NCBI RefSeq assembly: GCF_009914755.1
Contig: NC_060929.1
DNA: 64,000 bases
Reading direction: 5' to 3' (one strand)
Source: the human T2T-CHM13v2.0 reference genome, Homo sapiens
The translations under genes were made by a program, and so were the position numbers. The notes under the pieces were generated by a model. The model had not been told where the DNA came from, did not search any database, and saw nothing but the letters and a program-made list of their open reading frames with translations. Below, one piece after another: positions 1-15,700 of the stretch (positions are counted from its first letter, which is position 1; every line of letters begins with the position of its first letter).

Positions 1-517
1 TCAGGTGATTCTCCCACCTCAGCCTCCTGAGTAGCTGGGACTACAGGTGCCCGCCACCACACTCGACTAATTTTTTGTTTTTTTGTTTGTTTGTTTTTTG
101 AGACAGAGTTTCACACTGTCACCCAGGCTGGAGTGCAGTGGCGGGATCTCGGCTCACTGCAACCTCCACCTCCCAAGGTTCAGGCGATTCTCCTGCCTCA
201 GCCCCCTGAGCGGCTGGGATTACAGGTGCATGACACCATGCCCGGCTAATTTTTGTGTTTTTGGTGGAGACAGGGTTTCACCGTGTTGCCCAGGCTGGTC
301 TCGAACTCCTGACCTCCAGTGATCCACCTGCCTTGACCTCCCAGGGTGTGGGATTGCAGGCATGAGCCACCCAGCCCGGCCAATTTTTGTATTTTTTGTA
401 AAGGCAAAATTTTGCCATGTTGCCCTGGCTGGTCTCGAACTCCTGGACTTAACATCATCCACCTGCCTCAGCCTCCCAAAGTGCTAGGAATACAGGAGTG
501 AACCATCGCACCCAGCT
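1..517 (-). mobile_element. Alu (host), split at its mid A-rich linker by a second Alu; runs off the window start
   Basis: Antisense right-arm sequence at 1-70 (cctcagcctcctgagtagctgggactacagg) resumes as linker plus left arm at 382-517. Confidence 0.85.
71..381 (-). mobile_element. Alu nested in the linker of the host Alu
   Basis: Complete antisense dimer from a T-rich tail (71-99) to ...cccggcc (381); aattttt(t)g on both sides. Confidence 0.9.
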
Positions 518-690
518 GGGTTATCCAGTTTAAAAGAATTTTTTTTTCAAGGAAACCAGAGAAGCCATCATCCACTTTTCTGTCTGTATCATTCCGATTT
601 TAGTATATGTGTTGCCGAAGTGAGTATACACTATCATCCACTTTTAATGAGAGAAAGTTATAAACTTACATTTTGTTTCCAATTTTTAGG

Positions 691-910
691 GTTTTTTTTT
701 TTTTTTTTTTTTTTTTTGAGACAGCACTCTGCCTCCAGGCTGGAGTGTGCAGTGGCACCATCTTGGCTCACTGCAGCCTCTGCCTCCTGGTCTCTAACAA
801 TCCTCCCACCTCAGCCTTCTAAGTGGCTGGGACTACAGATGAGCGCCACCATGCCTGGCTAATTTTTGTATTTTTAGTGGAGAAGGGGTTTCGCCATGTT
901 GCCCCAGCTG
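691..910 (-). mobile_element. Partial Alu (AluJ-like)
   Basis: Poly-T tail, then gagacag...ctcactgcagcctc...ggctaatttttgtattttt. Confidence 0.85.
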
Positions 911-1327
911 AATTTGGGATTTTTTTAAAGGGGACTTTCAGTCCAAATTTGAGGGGAAATTACTATCACCACTAGTTTGAATATAGTACAATGAAAAAAA
1001 TATATATATAGTACAATGGTCCAGACATAATAAGAGGTGTAAAAACTAGCACAGGAAGAAATAAAAACAGATTTTTGAAGGTGAGATGAGAAACTCACAA
1101 AATTAACAAAATAAATAGCCAAACTTTTAGAATGACATTTTAGCACATTTTCCAGCCACATGATCAATCTACAAAATTAATATTATTTCTGAACACCAGT
1201 AATAAACATAAGGTAAGTACCTCTCAATAAAAAAATAGAAAAGTAGCTAGGAATTCACAAAGAAAATTAATACCTCTGTGGAGAAAACTTCAAAACTTAA
1301 AAAAAGACATAGAAAATGTTTTGAATA

Positions 1328-1527
1328 TGCTGGGTGCAGTGGCTCACACCTGTGGTCCTGGCACTTTGGGAGTCCAAGGCAGGTGGATCATGGGGTCAGG
1401 AGACCAAGACCATCCTGGCCAGAATGGTGAAACCCCGTCTCTACTAAAAATACCAAATAAATTAGCTGGGAGTGGTGGCACATGCCTGTGGTCCCAGCTA
1501 CTCAGGAGGCTGAGGCAGGAGAATCAC
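1328..1527 (+). mobile_element. 3'-truncated Alu
   Basis: gctgggtgcagtggctcacacctgt...gaggctgaggcaggagaatcac, then an abrupt switch to L1 sequence. Confidence 0.85.
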
Positions 1528-1670
1528 AAGGATTGAAATTATGCAGTGTGTTCTCCAAACACGATGGAATGAAATTAGAAATCAATAGTGGAAGAAAATT
1601 TGGGAAATTCACACATATGTGGATATTAAACAACACATTCCTAAATAACCAATGGTTAAAGGGGAAATCA

Positions 1671-1870
1671 CAGTCTGAGCAACATGGCAAAACCCTGACT
1701 CTGCAGAAAATGGAAAATTAGCTGGGCATGGCAGCCAGAGCCCACGCTCCCAGCTACTCAAGAAGCTGAGGTGAGAGAATCTATCCCCTGAGCCACAGAG
1801 GTCGAGGCTGCAGTGAGCAGTAACTGTGCCACTGCACTCCAGTTTAAGCAACACAGTGATACCATCTCAA

Positions 1871-1901
<31 letters not shown>

Positions 1902-1902
1902 A
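1671..1902 (+). mobile_element. 5'-truncated AluJ-like element with (AAAT)n tail
   Basis: gaggtcgaggctgcagtgagc; gaaatcaca/gaaatcata flank it within the L1. Confidence 0.8.
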
Positions 1903-2132
1903 TAGAAGAAATCATAAGTAAAATTGGAAAACACTTCTAACTGAAAAAAAATAAAAACAGAAGCACAACAAACCAAAACATGGGATGAAGCTAAATCAAT
2001 GCTTAGAAGGAAATTTGTAGCTTCAAATACTTATATATGTTTTTTAAAAAGGTCTCAGATCAATAAGTTTTATACAGGAAGGAAGCTGGCATAGTTTTAT
2101 TAATATTTGTCAAATTAAACTTTAAGGCAAAA

Positions 2133-2452
<320 letters not shown>

Positions 2453-2988
2453 TAGGCAACAAGAAAAGGAACAATTAACCTGAAATATATGATAACTCCA
2501 AACCTGTATATACTTAACAACATATACCCAAAATATATGAGGCAAATTTTAACAAAAATTGAAGTTCTTAAGAAAACTTCACCAATACATAGTCATAATG
2601 TGGTATATTCATACAACACACTCAATAATTGATAATAACAGTCCAAAGAAAGCAGAAAGAAGGAAAGCCTAGAGCAGAAATAAATGAAATAGAGAATAGA
2701 AAAGCAATAAAGAAAAAAATTATGAAATCAAACCTGGTTCTTTGAAAAGATCAACAAAATGGCAAACATTTAGCTAGATTGCCCACCACCCCCAAAAGAC
2801 TCAAATTACTAGAATCAGAAACAAAAGTCAAGATTTTATTACCAATCTTATAGAAATAAAAATTATTAGAAAGAAATAATATGAATAATTGAATGCAAAC
2901 AAGTTAGATAAATGAAATGGACAAATTCCTAGGAAGACACAGAATACCAAATCCGACTCCACAAGAAATAGATGTTGTGAATAGAGCT

Positions 2989-3394
2989 TGCTGTGGTATG
3001 AATGTGTCCCCCACAGCTCATGCGTTGGAAACTTAATCCCCAGAGCAACAGCACTGAGAGGTGGGACCTTTAAGAGGTACTAGGCAGAGCCCTCATGAAT
3101 GGATTAATGCCATTATTGTGGGAGTGGGTTAGTTATCTAAGAAGTGGGTTCCCGATAAAAGGATGAGTTCAGCCCTCTTCTTCTCCAAACCTTTATCCCC
3201 ATCCCCACCCGTCCCTCTCTCTGTCTCTCTTTCTTTCTTTCTCTCTCTCTCTCTCTTCCCTCCTCTTCTCCCTTCCTTCTGCCATGGGAGGATGAAATAT
3301 TAAGGCCCTGGCCAGTTGTGGCCCCTCCGTCTTCCATCTGAGGCTGGAAGACTTCCCGGCCTTCAGAACTGTAAGAAGTAAATCTCTCTTCTTT
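2989..3394 (+). mobile_element. MST-family MaLR LTR, 3' end replaced by poly(A)
   Basis: Starts tgctgtggtatgaatgtgtcccc...gttggaaacttaatcccc...ggtgggacctttaagagg; ends cagaactgtaagaagtaaatctctcttcttt followed by an A run. Confidence 0.8.
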
Positions 3395-5280
3395 AAAAAA
3401 AAAAAAAAAAAAAAAAAATTGTTCACTCCCACTGATCCTAGAAAAAATCAGCTCTCCAAGAAGTAGTAGATCATTGTTACTGGCTATCCGCCTTAGCAAA
3501 TAGCAGATGCCTCAGAATTGGGAGGCATGGAGGTTCTTTCATGGCTAGAAAGAGCACTATAAACATGTTCTCCCTACTGTCATCTCCCCTTCTCCAAACC
3601 TTGTCCTCTTCCTTCCTCATGTTGGAAACTCTATCTAGCCCCCTCTTTCTCACCTCTGAGCACTCATGTGTCAGTCTCATGGTGCCATCTTGAGACATTT
3701 AAGTATACAGGTAGAGTCCCGAGGAACAGGAAACTAGTGCCAGAGTTGTTTGGCCAACGACCTTTTACAAATACAGGGCCTGGTAGATGGCAAAAATAAG
3801 TACAAACACCTTCCCTTCTCTGATCTCTTACACTCACCTCTGAACCTTGTCAGTACTGAGGCTGGCAGAGAGGCACCATGAGGGGGGAAATCCCAGAACT
3901 AGTGGCAGAAAAGGAATTCTTACCCTGTCAGAAACTCTGTGGCTTTTAAGCAAGTTACTTTCCTTCTCCAAATTCAGTTTTCTCCTCTTGCAAAGTAAGG
4001 GTAATAACACATGTTCTGCCTGTCTTGCAAGATTTTTGTGAAGATAAAATGTGCTAAGGTATGTAAAAGGGCCTTGTAAAATGCTATATAAATGAAAGTA
4101 CTATTACCCAGGACTAAGAACTCAACTTGTGTATAGCATCACAGTTGTAGTTGAATAAGCTCCAGGATATTAAATATCTTTATACATCACTTCTGGGTAA
4201 CTTGTGCAATATATAGTTTATATATGGAGTGTAATTTTTCACTTGGGGTATTGTTTTACTGTGTAAGTCCTAGTTATTTACAAAGGCTTTATTTGAAAAT
4301 GAGCTAACACGTTCAAATTCCCCACATTCAATTTATTCACACATAGACATGTTAAATAAGAACTTCTTATTTTTCTGCTCAGATATTTCATCAAACTAAA
4401 ATAAATGTTTAATATTATGTATTGTAGGTGTTTCAATATCTGGACTAAAATTGGTGTATAATTTATTCTGAGCACTTATATAGTGCCAAGTAGTATGTTA
4501 AACATTATGTCATATAATCCTTACCGCATCCAAATTAGAGTGTCATCATTATTCCCACCATTTCTGAGAGGGGAAAACTGAGACTAAACAAAATCACATC
4601 ACCACCTGGTAAGAGACTAAGCTAGGAATGGAAATATAGTCTCCTTGACCTCAGATCTCACCCTCTTAAACTCCATGTTTGTAATATGCCAAGGAGAAAA
4701 AGAACACTGAAGAACTGGAGGGTGATTCTTCTGTGTGCATTTGGACTATTTATTTCCACATTTCATTATAGGATTACCTTGGTCAGAACCCACAAAAGAA
4801 AACAAACCAAAACAATTAGAGAAGACAATTAATATATGAACAGGGTTGATTGCCATTTGAGATTTAGTTAAGAAATACAAAGAATTTACTGAGAGTAAGA
4901 ATTGTTAAACAAAGATATAAATTATTAAAGGAAGTTACAATATCTACTTTTCTGAAGAGTGCTAAGCAGAGTAAATCTCATCTTTTATAGCCTCTGCTAA
5001 ATTCAATTAGGAAACTAGAGTCAAAGAAGTGAATGACAAGTTAAATTATAGCCAACATTAGAATAGTATAGCATATGAATGTTTATAAATTAAAAAAATA
5101 CTAAGGAGAAAAAAGGGAAAAACTAAAAATCCTGTAAATGCCAATAATGTTACTAAGAAAAAAAGAACAAAAAATACATTTTAAAAGTTACTAAAATTAA
5201 AAATAACTGAGGTTACCCAACATTTTTTATACCTCTAGATACAGCATACAAATAAATCAATGAATTTTTAAAACCACACC

Positions 5281-5291
5281 ACACACACACA

Positions 5292-5330
<39 letters not shown>
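5281..5330 (+). repeat. (CA)n microsatellite
   Basis: About 25 CA units with one interruption. Confidence 0.97.
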
Positions 5331-5331
<1 letters not shown>

Positions 5332-5675
5332 AACTTTTAATCAGGTTATATAAAAAGCACCATGGGTATTTGTTTTGTATAATGGTATGCATTAATGTTA
5401 ATAAAGGAATTAAATATGTACCTTATATGATAAATATGCATATATATAATTTTAAATAGTTTTCAGCAGTAAGGGTAGATATTTGTTGTAAAACAATAAA
5501 ATCAATTCAAACTAAGTTCTATAAATATGCTTAGTGTCACACTCACCCTACACACACTACAGTAACTCCTGCATATTGGACCTCTTACATCTTTTATAGT
5601 GTTGATTTTGTTCTTTTTATTTTATCTTATCATCTTGCCAATTACAAACTTACTGTTTTTAAATTATCCACTTGG

Positions 5676-6098
5676 GTACGTGTACACCATGAAATACTAT
5701 GCAGCCATAAAAAGGAACAAGATCATGTCCTTTCCAGGGACATGGATGGAGCTGGAAGCCATTATCCTCAGCAAATGGACGCATTAGCAGAAAACCAAAC
5801 AGCGCATGTTCTCACTGTAAGTGGGAGCTGAACGACGAGAGCACATGGACACATTGGGGGAAACAACACACACTGGAGCCTGTTGGGGGTGGGGGAGGGA
5901 GAGCATCAGAAAGAATAGCTAATGGATGCTGAAGTTAATACCCAGGTGATGGGAGGTTCTGTGTAGCAAACCACCACAGCACATGTTTACCTATGTAACA
6001 AAACTGCACGTACTGCACATGTACCCTGGAACTTAAAATTTGAAGGGAGGAAAAAAAGGAAACAGCACATTGAAAAATCTTTAAAACATTAAAAAAAT
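5676..6098 (+). mobile_element. L1 3' end (older L1PA, approx. PA10-13) with TSD
   Basis: ORF2 C-terminus (YYAAIKRNKIMSFPGTWMELEAIILS) plus 3' UTR; TSD aaattatccacttgg 5661-5675 / aagttatccacttgg 6099-6113. Confidence 0.9.
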
Positions 6099-6786
6099 AA
6101 GTTATCCACTTGGTTCAGCCCTTTAAAAGAGAGGAAATGAACTTACTTTTATAAAGTAAAAGTTAAAATATTTATTGCTTCCAGATCACCAGTTTAAATT
6201 AAAAACAGGCAGTGGGGATATTTTTTAATCAAATGCTTTGTTCTATTTATTTTACCTGTTTCATGTTCAATACTGGATGCAACATAGATTCTAATATTCC
6301 AAGTTACAAGTGAACAATGAGTATAGAACTGAACCTCTAATGAGCTACGTAATTCTTTTCCCAGAATGTTAGACTACCGGTTTGCCCAGCAAGCCATAAA
6401 GAAGATTTTTCCGAAATCTTTCCAATTCAATACTTTCTTTGTATCAATTGTAGTTTCTTATTTCCATTCCAGTTGGAGAATTAAGTTTGAAAGACTGTCC
6501 AGAGTATTCTTTCTCAAAGTGTGATATGCTATCTTGTTTGATGAATGTCAGGAGCATATTAAACATAATCACACAGTAATGCATTTACTGTGGAAGCAGT
6601 TGAATCATTTAAATAGTTCCAACAAACCAACTGCCTCTGTGAATAAGAACTGATTCTATCAGCACTTCAAACAGGCCTAGACCTACTTGGCATACAAAAA
6701 TGCAGGTAACTCATGACTAATTATCAATAGGTAGGAAACATCTTCACAGATGGTGGTTTTCACTGTACTAAAACATGCACTTTGGG

Positions 6787-6823
<37 letters not shown>
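6787..6823 (+). repeat. (CA)n microsatellite
   Basis: Direct reading. Confidence 0.97.
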
Positions 6824-6826
<3 letters not shown>

Positions 6827-7336
6827 TAAGGATTTGAATCAGGGATAAATCCATTCTAAAATTTTCCAGTTTATTGACCCTTCCAGATATACTTAGGTGT
6901 AGAAAGAAAAGTCTAATGCTAAATTTTGCATGTACATAGCCTTCCCAAATACATTTTAGTAAAATAAAATTGACACTAATGAAAGCACCGATTTCAAATG
7001 TAGTAATTGGAGATAGAAAAAAATAAGGCATAAATTATCTTAAGAAAATAGTTAAGTTACCTATGTTTTCTCCACAATTTGGTTTACTCTTCATTTGGGG
7101 AGATGGGAGAGTGTGCTACATCAAAAGTATTCATTAAGCGCATGTTCTCACATGAACTCCTAAAACAAGAATTTAAGTGCCTTTCAGTGGGAAAATATTA
7201 GCCTCATTGTTCATTTCCCTTCCTTATCCAAGACATACCTCATAGGTATTATAGTTCCGGGTTTCTAATTTGCTTGTTTGAGACAAATGATGCCAGAATT
7301 CAGAAAATCATTTGGGGCCACTCAAAACATTTATAA

Positions 7337-9611
<2,275 letters not shown>

Positions 9612-9769
9612 AAAAGGGCTTATAGTTAACAAAACAAACTTTGTAATCACAAACTTTAATCAGAACAAATGAAACAACAAATGTCTTTGAACAAACTAGA
9701 AGACAGATAGACTTAGAAAACTTGGCTTTGCTGCTTAATAACTTTGCTTTGATGCTTCATGAAAGAATG

Positions 9770-9920
9770 GGAAGAGAATTGGGCTAGAAATCAGATGACC
9801 TAGATTCTTGTCCTGGCTTCACTATCTATTAGCTCAGTAGACTTGAGAAATCATTTTTTCTTTCCAAGCCTCTGTTTCTTCATCTGTTAAAAGAGAAAAT
9901 AATAGAGACAATAGTACCTA
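9770..9920 (+). mobile_element. MIR fragment (orientation uncertain)
   Basis: agatgacctagattcttgtcctggcttcact...gcctctgtttcttcatctgttaaa core. Confidence 0.6.
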
Positions 9921-10287
9921 TTCTACTTTCTTCTCAATGAATGACACTTCAGAACCAGTAAACACTCACAAATCCTAAATCTCTTCTCCCAGTACCCTTT
10001 ACCATTGGCTCTAAATAAAGCCTGGATCTCAGGTAAGAACACTTCACTCAGACTAGTGCTCCTCCAGTCTTATTTAAAAAAAAAAAAAAATCCTGAGGCT
10101 GGTGGTGTTTGGCTCATTAATTCTCTGCTTCTGTCTTTGCCATTCTCATCAACCTCCCTTGTCATTCTTCCTCCATCACCAAAGCCTTGGCTCTGGTTCA
10201 CCACCTGGCTCTGCAACGTAAGTCTTCCTGTCATCCTGATGACTTTAGCTGTAATGTTCAAGAATTCATTCAACATGTTGAATCAGG

Positions 10288-10360
10288 GCTGCTCTGTCTA
10301 TAGAGTAGCCGTTCTTTTATTCCTTTATTTTCTTAATAAACTTACTTTCACTTTGAAAAA
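10288..10360 (+). mobile_element. Short MER41-type LTR 3' fragment with poly(A) and TSD
   Basis: Near-identical to about 42704-42773 of the MER41A LTR in this window; AATAAA, then A9; flanking repeats aacatgttgaatcagg / aaaatattgaatcagg. Confidence 0.8.
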
Positions 10361-10370
10361 AAAATATTGA

Positions 10371-10968
10371 ATCAGGAACAAGAAAAGGGTGCCCACTCTC
10401 ACCACTTCCATTCAGTATAGTACTAGGCATAGTAGTGTAGTCCTAGCCAGAGCAATTAGGCAAGAAAAAGAAAGAAAAGGCATCTAAAATTGGAAAGGAA
10501 AAAGTTAAGTTGTCTCTGCTTACAGATGACATAATCTAATATATAGAAAACCCCAAAGACTCCATAAAAACGGTTAGAACTAATAAATAAATTCAGTATA
10601 GTTACAGGACATGAAATCCACGTTCAAAAATCAGTAGCCTTTCTATACACTAGCAATGAACCATCCAAAAAAGAAATCAAGAAAACAATCCCATTTACAA
10701 TAGCATCCCCAAAATAAAATAGGAATAAATTTAACCAGGGAGGTGAAAGACCTATACATTGAAAACTATAAAACTCTGATGAAAGAAATTGAAGAAGGCA
10801 CCTCAATAAATAGATATCCCACGTTCATAGGCTGAAAGAGTTAATATTGTTAAAATGTCCATACCACCCAAAGCAATCTACAAATTTAATGCAATCCCTA
10901 TCAAAATTCCAATGGCGTTTTTCACAGAAGTAGCAGAAATAATCCTAAAATTCATATGGAATCACAAA
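10371..10968 (+). mobile_element. L1M ORF2 (RT region) fragment
   Basis: tcaggaacaagaaaagggtgcccactctcaccac...cagatgacataatc...aaaattcatatggaatcac. Confidence 0.85.
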
Positions 10969-11099
10969 TTTATTTTAACAATCTAGAAATCTGCCCAGGT
11001 CACATTTCTTAAGTATCCCCATGGTATTTCCAATTCTACATGTTTGAAATTTAACTGATAATCCTCTCCAACCAAAACTAGGCACTCCACAGTATTCCT

Positions 11100-11409
11100 T
11101 TTTTTCTTTCTTTCTTTCTTTTTTTTTTAAATAAGAGACAGGCTCCAGCTCTTTTACCCAGGCTGGAGCACAGTGATATTATTATAGCTTACTTTAGGCT
11201 CAAACCCCTGGGCTCTACGGATCCTCCCATCTCGGCCTCCCTGACATCTGGGACTATAAGCACATGCCACCATACCTGGCTAATTTCTTTGTAGAGACAG
11301 GGTTTTTCTATGTTGCCTAGGCTGGTCTCAAACTCCTGGACTCAAGCAATCCTCTGACCTTTGCCTCCCAAAGTGCTGAGATTACAGGCATGAGATACCA
11401 CACCTGGCC
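11100..11409 (-). mobile_element. AluJ-like
   Basis: Diverged antisense dimer; cagtattcctt / cggtatttctt flanks. Confidence 0.85.
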
Positions 11410-11859
11410 CCGGTATTTCTTTTTTTTTTTTAATTAAAAAAAAGCACCATCATTCTCTTTGTCCTGCCTGAACTGGTTTTCTTTTCTCCTTCACCGAATT
11501 AACTCACCCTTCCTTCAAATATCAATTCGAACATCTCTTCTTTAAAGAAATCTTCCTGAACCAGCCTGACACTCATCACGTTAAAACTATATTTATTTGT
11601 ATGATCATTTGATTAATACCCATCTCTCCTATTATAATCTAAGTTACATGGAAACAAAAACCATATCTGATTTGCTAAACATGATATCCCCAGTATTTAG
11701 CACAGTTCCTAGTATATAGTATGCACACAATAAACCCATTGAATTTATGGTTATAAGATAATTTAGTGTTTATACGTGGCAGATTTTGCTTACTTTGTCT
11801 CAGAAGTAATCATCCTAAATGTTTTTAATTAACCTAAATCACTCTAAAGACTTAGATAA

Positions 11860-12150
<291 letters not shown>

Positions 12151-12285
12151 AAAGACTTAGATAAGACCTATATGTCCATTCCTAAAGACAGAAAATTGCT
12201 GAAAAGTAGACTGATTACATATGGATCACAGCCTTAACATGAGGCCAACTTCAACTTCACAAGGAGAAGAAGTAGTCATTAGTTA

Positions 12286-12724
<439 letters not shown>

Positions 12725-15700
12725 TCACTAACTGTGTCTTGCTTCAAAACTAATCTCTCTGGGCCATATCCAGTCAAGGCTCTCAACCATGAAGAGATTA
12801 CAGTATCACTCTTGCATCTTTCCCCTCTCACCCTGAAAATGCTTTTGTGTATGTTATATACTAGAGAGATCAAAAGGCATATGAGAAAACACAGGATGCA
12901 GACAGAGTAAAATGCTTAAAATTAGAAGGGGAAATCATGACTTGCCATTTACTTATTTCTGCAATATTTCAAAATATGAACCACAAGGTATATGCCACTA
13001 CTGTTAAAAATTGCAATACCTCTCCAGGCACAGCTGCATTTTTCTAACAACAAAAAAATGCAATACTTGCTTGATATTATAAAAATAATTAAACTTTATG
13101 GATTTAGATAGAAACTAGATGTGGGACAGGGCCACTAACCTAAAGAAAGATTTGTTTAGTCTGCATAAGTAACAAGTCAGAAATCTTTCTAACCCTGACA
13201 GGTAATCAGTATGTCACACCTTTCCCCCATGAGGGGAGACAAAACTTAATGACCATTGACTCTATCTGAAAACAGCCAAAATCGCATCAACAGATGGGTG
13301 ACTGTCAATTAGCCATTTGTTAACCAGTGTGGATTTCTTGGCAGCTCTCCCACAACCTCAACAAAATGAAGAGAGGAAGTCATGAGCAAAAATGAAAGGA
13401 TGAGTTCTCCTGAATCCCATTTTCAATTTTTTATAACATTTTATATTCTTGATAGAGAAATAATTGGGTGGGAAAATAATAACATGAGAAAATGAGGATC
13501 TTGTCCAACATAAGTTAGGGCCCTTTCTCTAAGATTTTTATGGGTTTCAGAAAAGTTATCTTTCTGGCTATAGATCTGCTAATATCAGAACTATCAAAAG
13601 AAGAGACTACATCCCTAATTAACTTTATCTGGTTATTAAACTTAAAAACATACTATTAATTCATAATAAAGCTTATTCAGTGTTTTTCTTCTGATAGCAT
13701 TAATTTTCACTCCAGTTTCTTCATTAGAACATTAACAGACGTTAATGGTCAAGGGCAAATCCAAAGATTTAAAATAGAGAAAAACTATCTTCAAGAAAAA
13801 CATTCTTCATCTTTAGGCTAAAATGTATGAGAATCACCAAGATGCTTGTTAAAATTGCAGATTCCAAGACATGTCTTCTATTTCATAAAACTAAAGTAAT
13901 GCAAATTCTCTGCCTATAACTGACCTAATGAATTGGGGGGTGGGGGCTCATAGTCAGGGCCTTTACATGCTCTTCAGGTGTCAGGTGATTCTTGGGAACA
14001 CTAAAGATGATTATTGTCACTTTAACGTGTCGTGTATTTGCTTTTTTAAAGGGGTCTTTTAAGTCTTTTTCTCAAAACATGTCTGTGTGAAAACTGCAGG
14101 AACCTCTGTGTGGGAATAAGGTGTTCCATTGTGTATCGCAAAGCATATTATTAAATTCACAGTGGCTACCGGGAATGATGGCAAGGAAGCTAGTTTCAGA
14201 CAAAGACCTCCGAATGTACATTCAGAAGCCATCAGAACATCCCGCTTGAAATGAGATGACAGGTAGATTAGAATACTGTGGCGCTCAGCTACAGCCCCAA
14301 TGTTCAGAAGAGAGAGAAAAAGATCTCCTAAAATATCCTCCCTCGGGATGTTAATGGCCCACCTCTAATCACACATCATTTATTGAATGTGAAAGGAGGT
14401 CTGATATGGGCAAGGTGCGATGACCCGGCAATTTATTTTACTTCTTGGTGTCACAGACATGTTTCTGTGGACTCAGCAGGTCAAAGAACTTAAAATGTTA
14501 TCTAGAATAAGACAAACATGTAATTTTCCTCTGGCTTTATTCCATTTTTTAACTTAATGATTAATTAAGAGACATTCCTTTACTTAAAAAAATTGAGACA
14601 AGGTTGTACCAACCCTTACAGTAATTCGTAAAATCTAATGTCTGCAAAATTAAGCTTGCTTGGGAACCCATGGGCCAAAATTTCCAGCTGAGGAGGAATT
14701 TTTCCTAAAACTTAGGCATCCCCCAAATCTTTCCTGGGCAGCAACGTCCTCCCGGGCTTAAATTTTCCATCAGAACTCAGCCTTCCCTGTAAAACCTGTT
14801 AGCGTGATGTGTCTTCTGGCTGTGGCAGCGTTTGAAAGTCAAGCAAATAAGCCTTCCAGGGCTCACATTGAGTTAAGAAAACATATTCTGCATGACATTT
14901 AGGGCCAAATTAGGGACCAAAGTCCTCATTCTTTTACTCAAGACTAAGTTTATGTCTCCACAGGCAATGTGAAATGGAGTGTGGAGAAATGATCTCATGA
15001 AATAAATTAATTTAGACAGGATGCCTGGTTTGTTAGTACCCCACAGAGTGTATGTGTAAGTGTGTGTGTGCATGTGCTTGTGTGTTTAACAGCAGGTTAG
15101 GGAAACAGTAACACTAAAGAGATTAATGGAAAGCACTCTGCACTGGCAGTAGAATCGAGCTTTTCCTCTAGGCCCCACCACTTACCAATCATGTGACCTT
15201 AGGCATAACTCCCTAAGCCTCTGTTTCCTCGTCTGTTAGATGATCTTGTAAGACCCATTCAACTACCACCCAGGGTCATGATAAGCAGAAGGATAATTAA
15301 CGAGAGTAGTCTGTATTGATATATCAAAGTTCAATATTACTGCCACTAAGTGTCCCTTCTAATATTTGCACCAGGCTCTGTAGAGACACATGGTCATTAT
15401 TCTTGGGTACACACCGACACACCACAGCTTTGACCTTTCAATCTCTCCCACCAGGACCTTCGAGCCACACATTTACCAGCACTAGATGAACTCACTATCT
15501 CTGTAATGATCCCAACTATAGCTGCCTCCAGAACAAGATATCAGAATAGGAAATTGAATCTGAGCTTCTCCCATGGAAGGCCAGGGCATTAATCATGGTG
15601 AGCACACTGGGGGTTTTTCATCTGAGTTGACTGGTTGGGTTCATAAAATCTCTTTCATTTTTCATTGGGAGATTCCAAGTTTTATATATTTATTATCCCT

